A DNA stretch of 62,873 bases, the filler included, from Craspedostauros australis (taxonomy: Eukaryota): NCBI GenBank assembly GCA_030167865.1. It is 7 parts of 7 records of this genome, joined end to end, with 100 filler letters (N's around TTAATTAATTAA, not from the genome) between each part and the next. Parts side by side here need not be neighbours in the genome. Positions count along the whole stretch, not along the records: positions 1 to 30,167 come from JALAGF010004457.1; 6 more parts are not named here. One strand, written 5' to 3'. The notes beneath the pieces were generated by a model that did no database searches, was not told where the DNA came from, and worked only from the letters and a program-made list of their open reading frames with translations. The translations under genes were made by a program, and so were the position numbers. This document shows, piece after piece, positions 1 to 12,307 of this stretch; position 1 is the first letter of the stretch; every line of letters starts with the position of its first letter.

Positions 1-1924
1 TAGCCAAGGCAGAATGCCAGAGTTTGTGCAGCAACCTGTAGAGGTCGAGCTATTGGTTGATTGTTGTTGCAGTGAGTGAGTGTGTGTGTGTGTGAGGTTG
101 TTTGATTGTTGTCCAAGTTGGGGTTTTATGATTAGATTTTATCGTATGATTGTTTCCTGCAATTTTTATTACGGTGCTATCGCGGCCCCCGTGTAAATTC
201 CCGCAGTAATCACTTCCGACTTTTGGTTTTCCTTTTTGTATCCTCTCCGTAGTATACCGTGTTGATCCGGTGTCGTCCCACGTGATTTTTCGTCTTGTTG
301 GTGTCGCAACGAGTCCAAACGTGTTGCACCAAAAGACGGACACTCTTCGAGTTTCTCCGATGTTCTTTTGAGTTTCCGAATTTCTCTCGTCATCGCACAC
401 AGAGAACATGACAGGATGTCCATTGCATTCCAACATCTGTACACGATGCCTTACCCAAACGCGTTTGCCACAATGGCAATTCATCAAGACATTGCAACCG
501 CAAGTCTCATATGACCGGATGGTACCTCATTCTTCGGTGGATGATGTGGTCCCGGTTCCTCGATGGATGTTTGTGAAGCTGATTGCTTCTCGGGAAGGAC
601 TTCGTGCGGTATTCAGCATCCAGGGCCTCGTGACCGCTCCACCTGTCGAGGTTCGCAAAACATCGCTGAATCGGAACGCCAGAAAACGGCTTCATTGGTG
701 CTCTGATGTGATGTCACGAGATTGTGCACCTCTGTGGAAGGGAGCGGAGTCTTTCGGCGCACAAGGATACCGATCGGACCCTGGGAGCGCCTTCTGTGCG
801 CGAGATGGGTGGACCATTTCTTTCCTTTTGTGACTTCCTTCGCAACATTCCCGTTGGGTTGTACGACACCATCCAGGGAACTCGTGTCTCCCTCCACACG
901 CAATACGTAGTACCCTGTGGGCAGGGGCGTTTATCATCCCCCATGTTCGCACTTCATTTTTGCACTCGCAAAGTGCGCTCCCAACGAGAGCGCATTCCGA
1001 AAGCGGTCCAACCAAACGCAATCATCAGATACGAGCCAACAGACATGATTGAACAATCGTGGTCGATTTGTCTCTTCGCTTCTCTTCGGGTTTGTGGTCA
1101 GGGAGAGGACGAGAGAAGCGGTCGCGCACGATCTGGCCGATGATCTCATCCAACGACACTCATACGTGGTTGTCCATCACCACGATCGATACTCCGTGCG
1201 TGGGGACAAAAATCATCGCGAGCCCAAATCATCCACGGGAGTCTTGTGGCCATGTCCTCTCTGTTCTCCGAAATGCTCTCTGCGCTGGCTGTGGGGAGCG
1301 ACGTTGGTGATCCAATTCGCCAACCCAAGGGAGGGAAGGAGAGGAGCCAGAGCGACACATCTCCTCTTTGTCCACCGTTGTGCCCCTTGACACTGGCAGT
1401 GGCGCACAAAACTTGTCGGGATCGGGAACGCGTGTTCCGGCAACTCCCGGATCCACCAAGCAACAGCGTCGTTTCGCGCCAGTGCCCAACACAGCCTGAC
1501 CACATCCACAGACGCGTAGCTCGTAGGACAATAACTCAACATAACAAGTGGTGCTCAGAGACAGGGGAGGAACGGCTGTTGGTGCTGGCCGTTGCAGCTG
1601 CAGTACCATAATCACACCACATGAGTATTGAACTGACAATCTCAGGCACGGTCCCAACCTTGTGACACAAATACTTTCAGAGCCGACCACAACTGCCACC
1701 CTCGCCGCTTCACAACTTCCATCCTCAAGTCGCAACACGAGAACTCTACTCTGCTCCACTCATCCCGACTCTGGCATACTTCTTCCGCATACAACACTTG
1801 AGCCGACTTCCGACTCAGAGGCCGGACCATAATCGACGGTTCCTGTGATCGAGAGCAGCCTCGATCTGCGTCCATTGTTTCTGGAATCGATGCGCGGTAC
1901 GTCTTGCAACAAGAGGGTACGGCG

Positions 1925-4083
1925 ATGGATGAGAATGATGAACAGGAAACTGATGTCGGTGCTCACTCAACTCTTGATCCTCCTCGCACTCTATCAGATA
2001 CAAATTCATTGCTGGGATCAATACAGTTCGATGCGAACCACCAAGACAACGCAAGTGCCGTCGAAGTCGCCAGCATTGGCATCGGTGGAGCATTTCGTGA
2101 CCACGCAAATACTTCTGAAAATGTTGGCGGTGGCATTGCCAGCAACGGCACAAGTGATATTGGTGGTACTGACGCCAACAGTGGCGGTGATAGTGACAGA
2201 TTGGGCACATCCTCGACTCGACAATCACCGAATCAAGGGAGCATGTACGATTATGGACACAATGCCCAGAATCATGAGGATAACGCAGACAGGTTTGTTT
2301 GCGTCGGGGGAAACGACAACGCTGAGACTGAAATCGAGATCAAGAATGAAAGCAGACGTACCGCTGGTGTCAGTGCCGATGCAGGCGTGGATCCTGGTGC
2401 TGACAACGATGCTAACAGTAATGCTGATGCTGCTGATGCTGATATCTCACATAGAAGCGCAGCTGACATCTCTACTGGTGAAGCCACCTCCCAACAATCT
2501 ACAGCCGTTGCAACAGCGGGAACAGAGGCCAAACCCGAAAAACCCCGGAGTACCAACACCGACCTCAACGATGGCAAAGGCAATCGGACAGGCCAACCAC
2601 ATGAAGCCGAGACACAATTCCAGTGGAAGCTGCACAGCATGCTCAACGACATGCAGGGGACGAGCAATGCATCGATTGTTTCGTGGACGGATGACGGGAA
2701 AGCTTTTCGAATTTACCAGAGAAAGCCATTCATGAAGACGATTTCACCTCAGTATTTCAAGTACACCAAGTTCAAGAGCTTTCAACGACAGCTGTACTTG
2801 TATGACTTCGCGAGAGTGTTCAAGGGAGACAATGAAGGTAAAGTACACCGCGGCATTTTGATAGCAAGTGACAGACATTCCGATGCCAATCGTTGATTTG
2901 TGTAAGGCGCTTCGAGTAAGCCCATCCAGCAACTTCCAGTTCATCGATCGCAACGACCGCTTTCTCCGCGATGATTGCCATATACTTACAATAATACAAT
3001 CGGCCACGAAGCTTGGCGACCTCCATGAATCGAGTGCTCACACCATGATCCGTTTTTGTTGATCTACTTTCTTCATTGCTCATCACGAACGATCCAATGT
3101 GGACCTGATCTTGTCCGCCGTAAACAATACCAAATGGAATGGCGAGTAGGTGCATACCATCACAAAGACTTCCTTCGTGATGAAAGGCACCGTTGTGGTC
3201 TGATTGTCAGAAAGGATAACAGGAAAGCCACCGCACAGCTCAAGAAGGCAGTGGCAGAGGCTGGACGCAGTGGACTGTCACCGATAGGATTCCCCATGCG
3301 CAACCCAGCTCTACCCGGACCTTCGATGGACCAAAGTTTCACATCGCATCAAATCCAACCGCAGCAATCGCCACCCACATTCTTCCCAATTCCAGCATCG
3401 CCATCCGCTCTGCGCTACGTGCCGAACATTTCCAATGAGGCAAATCTAGCACCAACTACGAGTCCTTTCACTTCGCGGGTCGCGTTCCCACAGCTACCGC
3501 GATTGTCTCGAGTGACCCCATCACTGTGGCCATCGGTTGCAGAATCGGCGAATCTTGGTACCATCTCCCAGGTGCAAACCCTCAGCCCAGGTCGCAGTAT
3601 ATTCGAATCGCGGCAAGCAGCCACCGCCGACCAAGAACTATTCAGGACCATTATCGCGTGGGTTGGCAACGACGGTTCCGCGCTCGCTCCCCTGCGAGAA
3701 ATCATCGACCTGACTTCATTCAACGATCAGCTTCCCGCAGTTTGCATTCTAGGTGAGTTAGAAAGAACGGCGTCTTGGAATGAGCGCATACCCGTGTTCT
3801 TGACTTGTCATCAGGACTGTCGCAAAAAGTGCGGATTGCAAGAAGTTCCCCAACTCCCTCCAACCTATGAATGTTGGGTCAATCGCACTTGTATTGGCAT
3901 CGCTTTGGCCTGTGCCGCAACTATGTTCTCGCACCGTGGATTGAACGATGGGTGTACTAACGTTTCACGCAAGTTCCTTGTATATTGCGTCTATTGCTAC
4001 TCTGCATTCGTTCAAACATTGCATCTCGCAACGTAGACTTCGCTGATGAGATCATTGGACTGTTCGGTTCGTCCAGCCCATGA
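1925..4083 (+). CDS. Heat-shock-factor (HSF-type DNA-binding domain) transcription factor; predicted exons 1925-2837, 3150-3752, 4037-4083
   Basis: HSF DBD motifs FQWKLHSML...IVSWTDDGKAFRI...YFKYTKFKSFQRQLYLYDF. GTAAAGT donor at 2838 and TAG acceptor at 3149 join in frame to GAYHHKDFLRD. GTGAGT donor at 3753, TACTAAC near 3955 and AG at 4036 give a short last exon DFADEIIGLFGSSSP*. Start codon and last exon are less certain. Confidence 0.85.
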
Positions 4084-4617
4084 AGCCTCCCGAAGTCAGT
4101 TGGAGCACGCAGGGCGAGCACAGAAAGGAGCACAGTCGATTGGATTGGTCTTGACATGCCGTGGGACATCGCAGCATGTCCACCACGCTCAGTGACCCAT
4201 CTGTGGATGATTCCATGACGCGCCATGTAATAGTCTGAAGAACATACTGTACATATAATACAACGAACCTACCACTCGTACTCTATTCGAGTGCACTTCT
4301 CTGCCGTCAGGAGGATCTTCAAAGAACGAAGCGGATTTGGACGACGACCGCAGGCGAGCGGTATTCGAAGGGTGCGACGAGCACGTCTAAGTTCTCTGGG
4401 GAGAGAGGATGGCACCCCTCGTTGCTCGGACCAAGAGGAGTGTGGCGCATTACTGTGGTGACGAAGACAAGAGTACTACGGCTATGGTACACTGGAAGTC
4501 GAAGCATGCGATGAGAGTCAGTCGAGACACTTTCGATAGCCTTGGATGCAGGTAGATGAGGGAGTTAATCTATCCACATTTCGACTTATGTTGCCTCGTC
4601 ATCTCGTACTCGTATGC

Positions 4618-7600
4618 TCATGCCGACCCTTTTTTCCTTCTTATCGATGTGAAGAATCCTTTCTTGATTCCAATTCCGGCTTTCTGCCCCTTGCTTTTAG
4701 ACGTGGGTGGCGCTTGCCTGGGCTGTGACCTGGTTCGTCTTGGCTGCGGCTGTTGCGGTGGCTGGCTGGGCGTTTCCCTGCCCTGAGATGCCTCTGGCGG
4801 CGGATGCGAAGGCCCCCGCTCTGGATGAGCATTGAAGGTAGTCTCCGCCGGAATCGAGAAGGTCTTGCGGAGCTCAGAGAGGGCGAGCTCGAAGTCTTTG
4901 CCCCGACTGCGGACCATCTTGATCTTTTCCATCGTCACGTAGCATCTCTGATCATGAGGACCGAAGGCGCTGTACTGCAGTTGCAAAATGCGACCAAACA
5001 TCGCTGCGGCCTTGTCATGCTTGCCGTCCAGCATGTTGGCAACGGCCAAGTGGTCCATGGTAGCGATAAGAGTATCGTGGGCGCCATCCAGTAGCAGCTG
5101 CTGCTCCATCAAAGCTGCCTCCAGAGCCGTGATGGCAACTGGCAAGTCATTATTCACCATCTTCAAGAACCCGATGTTCGCTCTCGTGACCGAGATGCTG
5201 ATGGAAATGGAATGGCCCAGCATGGGAGATTCGCTGTACAGACTTTCGCTGAGCGATTGGAATTGGATATCCAACGATTCCTTGAAGTACGCCTTCGCTG
5301 GCATTGGCTGTCCACACATGTAGAGGAGGCAACCCAAGTTGTTCAAGACTTCAGACATTTGCATTTGGTCGGGGATCGACGTACAACGATCTCTCATCAG
5401 GCGTAGTGCGAGTTCAAGCTCCGTGTGCGCGCCCGCGAATTCATGGAGTGCGTACAGACACAGCGCGTGCTTGACAAGCGACGCAACATGATCTGGGTGA
5501 CCCTCGCCGAGGCACTTCTTCCGATTCTCAACAGCTCGGGTGAAGAAGGACAACGCGCCGCTGTGATCTCCATTCAGCAGGTTGAGGATGCCGAGGTTAT
5601 GGAGTGCGACGCCAAGATAAGGTTTGAAGTCTGTCACACCCACCGAGTCTTGAGCATGCGCATTCTTCTCTCGCGCCTTCAGGGATCTTTCAAAGTAACC
5701 GTAGTAGGCGAAGATGATATCCTCATACAGTTCAACCGCCTCATCGATTTCATCGTGTCTGAGATGCTGCAGGGCGGCTTCCTGAGTGGAACCGACGCTG
5801 CGGAATCCGCCGGCGACACGGCCCTGATCCAGATCGACCGGCAAGGATGATCTATTGGCGGGGCTTCCGGGCGTTGGTGCCGCCTTCTTCCCGCCCAGGG
5901 CTCCCATGTTCCTGCGCATGTGCCGACACCTCCACACGGAGTCCTGCACGCGCGCTGCCCAGATGGCCTTTTCTGGTTCGTCCGTTGGAATGTTCTCCTC
6001 GTTGAGCAATGACAGGGTGATATCGCCCTTGCAAATCCCGATCACGCTGTCCATGGTGTCTATCAAGACGGGGGCGGGGCTGCTGTGGGCGTCCTCGAAG
6101 TCGCTTGGGTTGGACTTCGCGGTTGAACCACTCGCAGAACTTGCTGTGACTTGGATTCGGCGGTTTGGATTGTCGGTGGCGACGGCAGCAGCCGCGGTGG
6201 CCGCTGCGATGTTTCGGTTGCCGGGTTTCGGCTGTATAATGTTCCGAGGCTGGTGATCCGCTCGCATCGATTGCGTCTTGTCGCTGGCTCCAGGTTGAGA
6301 CGTGGCCAAGACATCGGGTGCCGCAATGGATCGGAAAGGTGAGTGCGCTCCGGTATTCGACAGGCGGACGATAGATGGTTGCGTTGGGGCGCCCACGGTT
6401 GGCGCCTGCTTCTCGGACTGAGGCCTGCTGGCTGCGTGTTGGGATGTGGTATCCAATCCAATCGTTCCACGCAGCGCGGCACGAGTATTGCTGGCGAATC
6501 GCTTCATCTCGGCTGCGAGAGTTGCTCCGGTCGTACGATTTTCAGTCTCTGCACTCTCGGTCTCATTTTGTTTGTGAACATTGGGTGATTCCCATTTGTT
6601 CGTGGCCTCTCGCTCTGCCACTTGCTTGTCTGAGTAAGCTGGTGGGCTTGCAGTTTTGTCACGGCGATATTCGGAAGAACTAGCGCCCTGAGGACGATCG
6701 ATGGAATCTATGCCATTGCCTGACACGCTATTGGTCAATAAAGATAGGTTCTGGTCAATTTGCTTTGTCTTGGCGCCGACGTCGAATGGGACTCTGGTGG
6801 AGCGCACAGGGGCTCCGTTCTCGCCTGCCACGGAATAAGACAACCGACGAGCGACATCCGTGTCGTTCCCTGTCTTTTCACCACTGCGATGGTCGTGCTG
6901 TTGCTGTTGCTGGCGCTGGTGCTGATGATGGGATGGGGCAACCGCAGTCTGGTTGGGTGCCGTTTGCGAGAGGTCCCTCTCATGTTTGTTGTAAGCCGCA
7001 ATCTCGGAATCGTCCATGGAAACCATGGAGTTCTGTTGAGGCAACCCACTGAGGGCGTTGCTTAGCTGCGAAGCGAATGCGATGACTTCATTAGGTTGAT
7101 GGGAGGCGTTGCCGGATGGCATTGGAAGTGGTGGTCTGTCAGCGTGTCTGCGATCCGATGTGCTGGGATCTCGAAGCTTATCCATCGGGACCGGTGGAGT
7201 TGCTGACAGAATTGTTCGCTCGATCTCTGCTAACCGCAGTTCGTCCGAAGTGTTTTTGACATCATCGTCGTTGTCGTCATCATTCGTCGATTTGATGCTA
7301 CGAGAAATGATAGCATCATTGATCTCCTTCTTGATGATGGACCTTCGGGAAAACTCTTGCTGCAACCACCAGGCGCTGTTTTCTGAACTCAGCAGATCTT
7401 TCTTCGGAGTCATCTCTCTGTACGAAGGGGCTGCACTGACAGCGGGTGCAGGCGCAGGTACTGGCGATGCTGTAATCACCACCCTGGCTTTCGCGGCCGT
7501 TGTTTTTGAACGATCGACGCGCGGATCACCGTTGGAAACTGAAGATGGATCCATGAGTTCGTCGGAAGTGTGCGAGTATTGGTCAGCAGCATGAGGGTTG

Positions 7601-10230
7601 CTGTTGCGTGAACCGATCGATGCCTTAGGCATGAAATCAGTCGCCATTTCGTCCTTGCTCAGAGTGCTGCGGATGTTGGTGTTGGTGTCAGACAGAGCCG
7701 ACTCGACGGAGCGCATGTGACCCAGATAATCCACCCAGTTGGTGGTTGAAGCTGTGTTGCCGGAGACGATGGAGCTGTTGGTCGTGGACAGGACCTTGTC
7801 TGCGTGTGATCCCGAGACGTAGGAGCCTTCGTCGGCGCTTCCCATACGAGAGCGTGCCGACATGGAGTGATGGATACCGCCGGAACGAGCGCTGTGGGCG
7901 CTGTCCAGCCATTCGTGACCATCCTCAAACTGATGGTGCGCTGGCTCTGGCCTCATGCCGTACGAGGGTTCATCCTCATGATGCGTCGGGGCAGCCCCAG
8001 CTGTGTACTTGTGAATCAGATGCAAGGTATCGGTTCTGGATGAGCCCGATTTGCGTGGCGTGGCCTCTTCCATCCGTCTCCCAATGCCATGGTGCGCGAG
8101 CATGTCCACGTCACTTCCAATATAGCGCTCGCTCTGCCTCTCTGACCTGTTTTTGGGTGATTTGCGTTCATCGTCGGGCATGTCATCCGTCCGAAGATGT
8201 GCGTCACTTCTTATCGACGCTGCGTGCCTCGCTGCTCTGCTTTCGTCATTGAACATGCTTGGTGGCGCGTTGGCTTCATTCGAATGAGATGTCCTTCGTT
8301 GAGATCGTACTCCAAGTTCGTCCGCTGGCTGGTCGTCATCCTGCGAGAAATTGTCGTCGTCGAAGTAGGGATCGCTGGAGGTGTCGCTACCACGAGGGTC
8401 GAGAGTAGATTGGGGTTCTGGCGAGTATCCCTGCGGAGTGCCGCGTGCGATGATGACACGTTGATCGTCGATGTGCATTTCAGTGACGTCGATGATGTTG
8501 TCCCTCGTGGATGGTGTTCTGCGAGCTGAGGAAGACTCCTCCGAGGCAATCCAGTCCGGGGAATCTCGCAGCCGATCCGAGTTCTGCTTCGTGTTGCGGT
8601 TGTTGTCCCTGGCTCTGAGCTTGTTGCGCGATACCAGTGACGAGGAAGCACTCGCTGCCGGCGTTGCTGACGACATCGGGAGGTCAGGGTTTGACGTGTC
8701 TCGTTCCTTCTTATCCGTGGACATGTTTGTGTAACGTGCCAGCAGCTCGCTGGTTCTTTGCCGTCCCGCGGTGCTCTTCAGATCAAGCTTCTGGTTTGAT
8801 TTTCCGGCCGATGCATCTCTCTGTGAGGCACGTTGGCTGGTGTGAATTCGGCTGCCGCCGTCGGCGCCACGGCCACCCGCAACAGCATTGATATCGTTGT
8901 CGTGAGCATTGCTGTTGGTGGTTGAGATTGAGCCGGTGGCAGCGATTTTGTCATTTTCAGGAGTTACGACACGGCCAGGTTGAGATTGAAAGTTTGGGAG
9001 CTCGTACTGCTGCTGCTTGTTTTTGGCTTCCGAAGTATCCAAGGATAGTGGCTGATGTCGCTTGGGAGGCGAGGGCAGTGCACCAGGCTCCGACATGTCG
9101 TCCGTGCTGTCATTCATGCTGTCAATGCCGCTCGTGTTGGTGCTCGTGTTCGTGCTCATGTTCACGCCCAGGTTGCTGCGACTGTTGGGGATCTCATGTG
9201 GGCTGTTGGCATGGCTGTCGTGAACGCCACTTGTTGTTGTTCGCTCTGCCTTGCTCGTAGGTCGGCGACCGCCCATGTTCGTCGCCTCCATCTCGTCCAT
9301 GGGGACTGATGGCGGCCTGCTGTGCGCACGTTCATAGAGCGGAGTGGAGGGAATGAGTTGGCCTTCATCAGTGGGGGCGGTGATGGTGCGCCGCATGCCT
9401 TGCGCCCTCTCCACGATCCGCCGTGCCTGCAGCAGTCTGCTGTCAGCATCCGCGCCACCAGCTGTGGCCGCAGTTGCAGGTGTGGTTTTGGCTGTGATGG
9501 GAGTCGTGGCCTTGATCGGAAGTGGAGTTGCCCCCATCGCTCCCCCCATGGAATCCGGGGAGATGAGGGACAGGTTTTGCTTGTGCCTTTGCGGCGGTGG
9601 CGGCGAGAATGTGGTCTTTGCATGCGAGGCATCTAGGATCGTGGTGGTTGCTGGAATCTTGGGGTCGGCAGGTCCGCTGGGTGGTCTGGTGCCCATCATT
9701 TCATCGTCCGGTGCGTCCTCATCTTTCTTTTCGTCTGCGATTGGCAGCAGTGGTGGAGCGGTGGCATCTGCAGCATTCGGACCATGCGCAGGATCATCAT
9801 CTCGCATGTAGTACGGTTTGGGAGGCAGGGCGAAGTGCGCGTTCTGGGTGTGTATGCAAAGCTTGATGGGTGGTGCTGTGCGCATGCCCTGGTCCGTCCC
9901 GCTGTGCTGCCCGCGTTCGCCTTCCGCGTGGCGTCTGCCGCTTCCATCCCCATTGAAGGTGAGGCCCGATGACGATGCTGGGCTTCCGCTGGCACGCCTC
10001 GTTGGGCTTCCAGGGGCGGACGACAGGGGAGAGTCGATGTCCGGCTCTGGCAAGGCGTATTCCTCCGACACCACCACGATGCTGGGTGGGTACAGGTGCG
10101 CCAGGTAGTGCGACGAGGACGACAGCGAATGAGTCTGCGTTTGGCTCTGGCTTTGCGTATTTGCGCGCGATTGCGGCGCTTCAAGGCTCGTCATCGAGTT
10201 CAAGCGCATCATGCGCATCGGATCCGTCAT
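4618..10230 (-). CDS. Large intrinsically disordered protein with C-terminal kinesin-light-chain-type TPR repeats
   Basis: Uninterrupted ORF over 5.6 kb. The C-terminus has TPR motifs (GVALHNLGILNLLNGDHSGALSFFTRAVENRKKCLGEGHPD; SEVLNNLGCL; IATMDHLAVA). The N-terminal ~1400 aa are S/T/P/D-rich. Start placed at MTDPMR (10230); the frame is open to 10665 through microsatellite-like sequence. Confidence 0.85.
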   Translation of the reverse strand: MTDPMRMMRLNSMTSLEAPQSRANTQSQSQTQTHSLSSSSHYLAHLYPPSIVVVSEEYALPEPDIDSPLSSAPGSPTRRASGSPASSSGLTFNGDGSGRRHAEGERGQHSGTDQGMRTAPPIKLCIHTQNAHFALPPKPYYMRDDDPAHGPNAADATAPPLLPIADEKKDEDAPDDEMMGTRPPSGPADPKIPATTTILDASHAKTTFSPPPPQRHKQNLSLISPDSMGGAMGATPLPIKATTPITAKTTPATAATAGGADADSRLLQARRIVERAQGMRRTITAPTDEGQLIPSTPLYERAHSRPPSVPMDEMEATNMGGRRPTSKAERTTTSGVHDSHANSPHEIPNSRSNLGVNMSTNTSTNTSGIDSMNDSTDDMSEPGALPSPPKRHQPLSLDTSEAKNKQQQYELPNFQSQPGRVVTPENDKIAATGSISTTNSNAHDNDINAVAGGRGADGGSRIHTSQRASQRDASAGKSNQKLDLKSTAGRQRTSELLARYTNMSTDKKERDTSNPDLPMSSATPAASASSSLVSRNKLRARDNNRNTKQNSDRLRDSPDWIASEESSSARRTPSTRDNIIDVTEMHIDDQRVIIARGTPQGYSPEPQSTLDPRGSDTSSDPYFDDDNFSQDDDQPADELGVRSQRRTSHSNEANAPPSMFNDESRAARHAASIRSDAHLRTDDMPDDERKSPKNRSERQSERYIGSDVDMLAHHGIGRRMEEATPRKSGSSRTDTLHLIHKYTAGAAPTHHEDEPSYGMRPEPAHHQFEDGHEWLDSAHSARSGGIHHSMSARSRMGSADEGSYVSGSHADKVLSTTNSSIVSGNTASTTNWVDYLGHMRSVESALSDTNTNIRSTLSKDEMATDFMPKASIGSRNSNPHAADQYSHTSDELMDPSSVSNGDPRVDRSKTTAAKARVVITASPVPAPAPAVSAAPSYREMTPKKDLLSSENSAWWLQQEFSRRSIIKKEINDAIISRSIKSTNDDDNDDDVKNTSDELRLAEIERTILSATPPVPMDKLRDPSTSDRRHADRPPLPMPSGNASHQPNEVIAFASQLSNALSGLPQQNSMVSMDDSEIAAYNKHERDLSQTAPNQTAVAPSHHQHQRQQQQQHDHRSGEKTGNDTDVARRLSYSVAGENGAPVRSTRVPFDVGAKTKQIDQNLSLLTNSVSGNGIDSIDRPQGASSSEYRRDKTASPPAYSDKQVAEREATNKWESPNVHKQNETESAETENRTTGATLAAEMKRFASNTRAALRGTIGLDTTSQHAASRPQSEKQAPTVGAPTQPSIVRLSNTGAHSPFRSIAAPDVLATSQPGASDKTQSMRADHQPRNIIQPKPGNRNIAAATAAAAVATDNPNRRIQVTASSASGSTAKSNPSDFEDAHSSPAPVLIDTMDSVIGICKGDITLSLLNEENIPTDEPEKAIWAARVQDSVWRCRHMRRNMGALGGKKAAPTPGSPANRSSLPVDLDQGRVAGGFRSVGSTQEAALQHLRHDEIDEAVELYEDIIFAYYGYFERSLKAREKNAHAQDSVGVTDFKPYLGVALHNLGILNLLNGDHSGALSFFTRAVENRKKCLGEGHPDHVASLVKHALCLYALHEFAGAHTELELALRLMRDRCTSIPDQMQMSEVLNNLGCLLYMCGQPMPAKAYFKESLDIQFQSLSESLYSESPMLGHSISISISVTRANIGFLKMVNNDLPVAITALEAALMEQQLLLDGAHDTLIATMDHLAVANMLDGKHDKAAAMFGRILQLQYSAFGPHDQRCYVTMEKIKMVRSRGKDFELALSELRKTFSIPAETTFNAHPERGPSHPPPEASQGRETPSQPPQQPQPRRTRSQPRQAPPTSKSKGQKAGIGIKKGFFTSIRRKKGSA

Positions 10231-10377
10231 TGTTGCTTCACTCTCCAGAGATTGTGCTTCTCCTTCTCCTTCTGCTATGTATGCGTATGCAGACGCGTAT
10301 GCGGACGCGTATGTGTATCTGTGGTGTACGGATACTTGTAGGATCGCAAGACCAAGACCAACACCAAGGCCGTCACA

Positions 10378-10407
10378 GCCACTGCCACTGCCACTGCCAC
10401 TGCCACT
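10378..10407. repeat. (GCCACT)5 hexamer microsatellite
   Basis: Seen directly, upstream of the TPR gene. Confidence 0.9.
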
Positions 10408-11563
10408 GTCTTCGTCTTTTGTTGTCGTTGCCAACAGATGAGGAAGCAGAGTAGGTGGAACTTGATCCAATTGATTGCGTCCAGCGGAGACAGAGGCGTT
10501 CGCGCAAAGCACTGATGACAACCGAAACCGCGGAAGCAACCGTGGGCGCAACTGCCGCCAACGTCTCCTGCAACAAGAACGCCACCGCTCGAGAGCTGAT
10601 GGAGGTCCTGTACGAGCAACTCCCGCTTCGGATCTTGGTGGCTGATTTTTGGAGGCCTGCCGCACGAGTGGCTTCAGTCTTGCTCGGCAGCTCCGTTACC
10701 TTCAGTGCTTTCTTTGCCTCCAGTCCTCCTCCTCTCTGTGCGCTCATTTGTGGCGGGCTTTGGCCTTCGTCGTGCGCAACTCCATGATGCGGTCTGTCTT
10801 CTTGGTGTGGCCATGGGCGTGGGTGCAACCGCGAGTTTGTGCGTGGAAGTGATGACAAAAAGAGCCATTCGCGAAAGACCCCCACAACAAACATGTGTGC
10901 ACATGCAACGGTTGCGGGGGTTGCAGCACGCCAATTGCGCGCTGGACAAGAATTGAATCCGTTGAGCAGCTATTTGTGCCACCATCGCGGATGCACGATC
11001 GTGACATCTGCCGTTAAACGGCGGATGCGCACTCGGATCACACATAATCTCATTCCCGTGTTTGCGCGCACGGATGAAAATGGTCACAGTCACCAAGAAC
11101 TCGACAAACGTTAACGTCTTTGATGTCGCAGAGACAAAACAGCAAATGCGACCTCGATGTGGGAACGCATTTCTATCCTCGATGGTTTAGCCTGTTCCTC
11201 AGATTCCCCGCTTCAATCCCGTAATGCAGTCCCATCAACATGATTGAGTTCTTGTTTGTGCACCAATCAAAATCGTCCATCATTTCCACACGATGGCAAT
11301 TGACGTGACATCACCTCACAACCCATCCCTCTTCGCGCAACACCATTCACCACCAATCGAACCTCCGACAAACCGACAAGCAGGAATGACGCGAATCTGC
11401 AAACCGACCACACCCCAAGGCATAGTATTGGTGCTATACGAGTAGCCATACACCAAGCACCTATTCATCAACGACACACACATAGAATACTATACATACT
11501 CATACTCATACTCGCGCTCTACTCGACTACAATCGACTCCACGTTGTCCAAACGAATTTCAAG

Positions 11564-12307
11564 ATGGTATACCACTGCTGCCCTGCTATGATCGGCCCGT
11601 CCGTGCTGGATTGTGACATGGCGTGCCTTGCCGATGAGGGCAAGCGCGCTTTGGCGGCCGGCGCCACCTATCTGCATCTCGATGTCATGGACGGTCACTT
11701 CGTGCCCAACATCTCCTTCGGTCCCTACGTCATCGAATGCCTGCGGAAGCACATCCCGGATGTCTTCTTCGACTGTCACATGATGACATCCGAGCCGGAG
11801 AATTGGGTCGAGAAGGTGGCCAAGGCGCAAGGTTCGCAGCCAGGGCTGCTGTGCTACACCTTCCATTACGAGGCCACCGAACCGCGCGGCAAGACGCAGG
11901 ATGTCATTGACGCCATCAAGGCCAACAACATGAAGGTCGGGTTGACGATCAGCCCGGACACGCCCATCGACGCCATTCTCAAATACGCTGATCAGATCGA
12001 TCTCGCCCTGATCATGACGGTCTACCCTGGCAAGGGCGGGCAATCCTTCATCGAACCCATGATGGAAAAGGTCAAGACGTTGCGGGCTGCCTACCCCAAC
12101 ATGGATATCGAGGTGGATGGCGGGGTCAAGCCAAAGACCGTCGACATGGCCGCGAAGGCAGGTGCCAATCTCATCGTTTCTGGTTCGGGCGTGTACAAGG
12201 CGGAAGATATGTCGGGCAACATCACGACCATGCAGCGCAGCGTCGAAAAGTTTGGCAATGGCAAGGAAGAAGAGGCGCTGACACCATTACGATCGGATAA
12301 GGCGTAG
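11564..12307 (+). CDS. RPE: Ribulose-phosphate 3-epimerase (no targeting peptide, probably cytosolic)
   Basis: LHLDVMDGHFVPNISFG, FDCHMM, MTVYPGKGGQSF, IEVDGGV and VSGSG motifs. Confidence 0.97.
   Translation: MVYHCCPAMIGPSVLDCDMACLADEGKRALAAGATYLHLDVMDGHFVPNISFGPYVIECLRKHIPDVFFDCHMMTSEPENWVEKVAKAQGSQPGLLCYTFHYEATEPRGKTQDVIDAIKANNMKVGLTISPDTPIDAILKYADQIDLALIMTVYPGKGGQSFIEPMMEKVKTLRAAYPNMDIEVDGGVKPKTVDMAAKAGANLIVSGSGVYKAEDMSGNITTMQRSVEKFGNGKEEEALTPLRSDKA

Noticed and set aside
1..1900. Many overlapping short ORFs
   Set aside because: No recognisable domain or consistent coding frame; treated as intergenic.
1845..2735. 296-aa alternative-frame ORF over HSF exon 1, and antisense ORFs over the other genes
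   Set aside because: Shadow ORFs of low-complexity or GC-rich coding sequence.
10231..10665. N-terminal extension of the 2015-aa ORF
   Set aside because: It runs through microsatellite-like sequence (GSGSGS, YASAYA) from a non-ATG start and is more likely 5' UTR.
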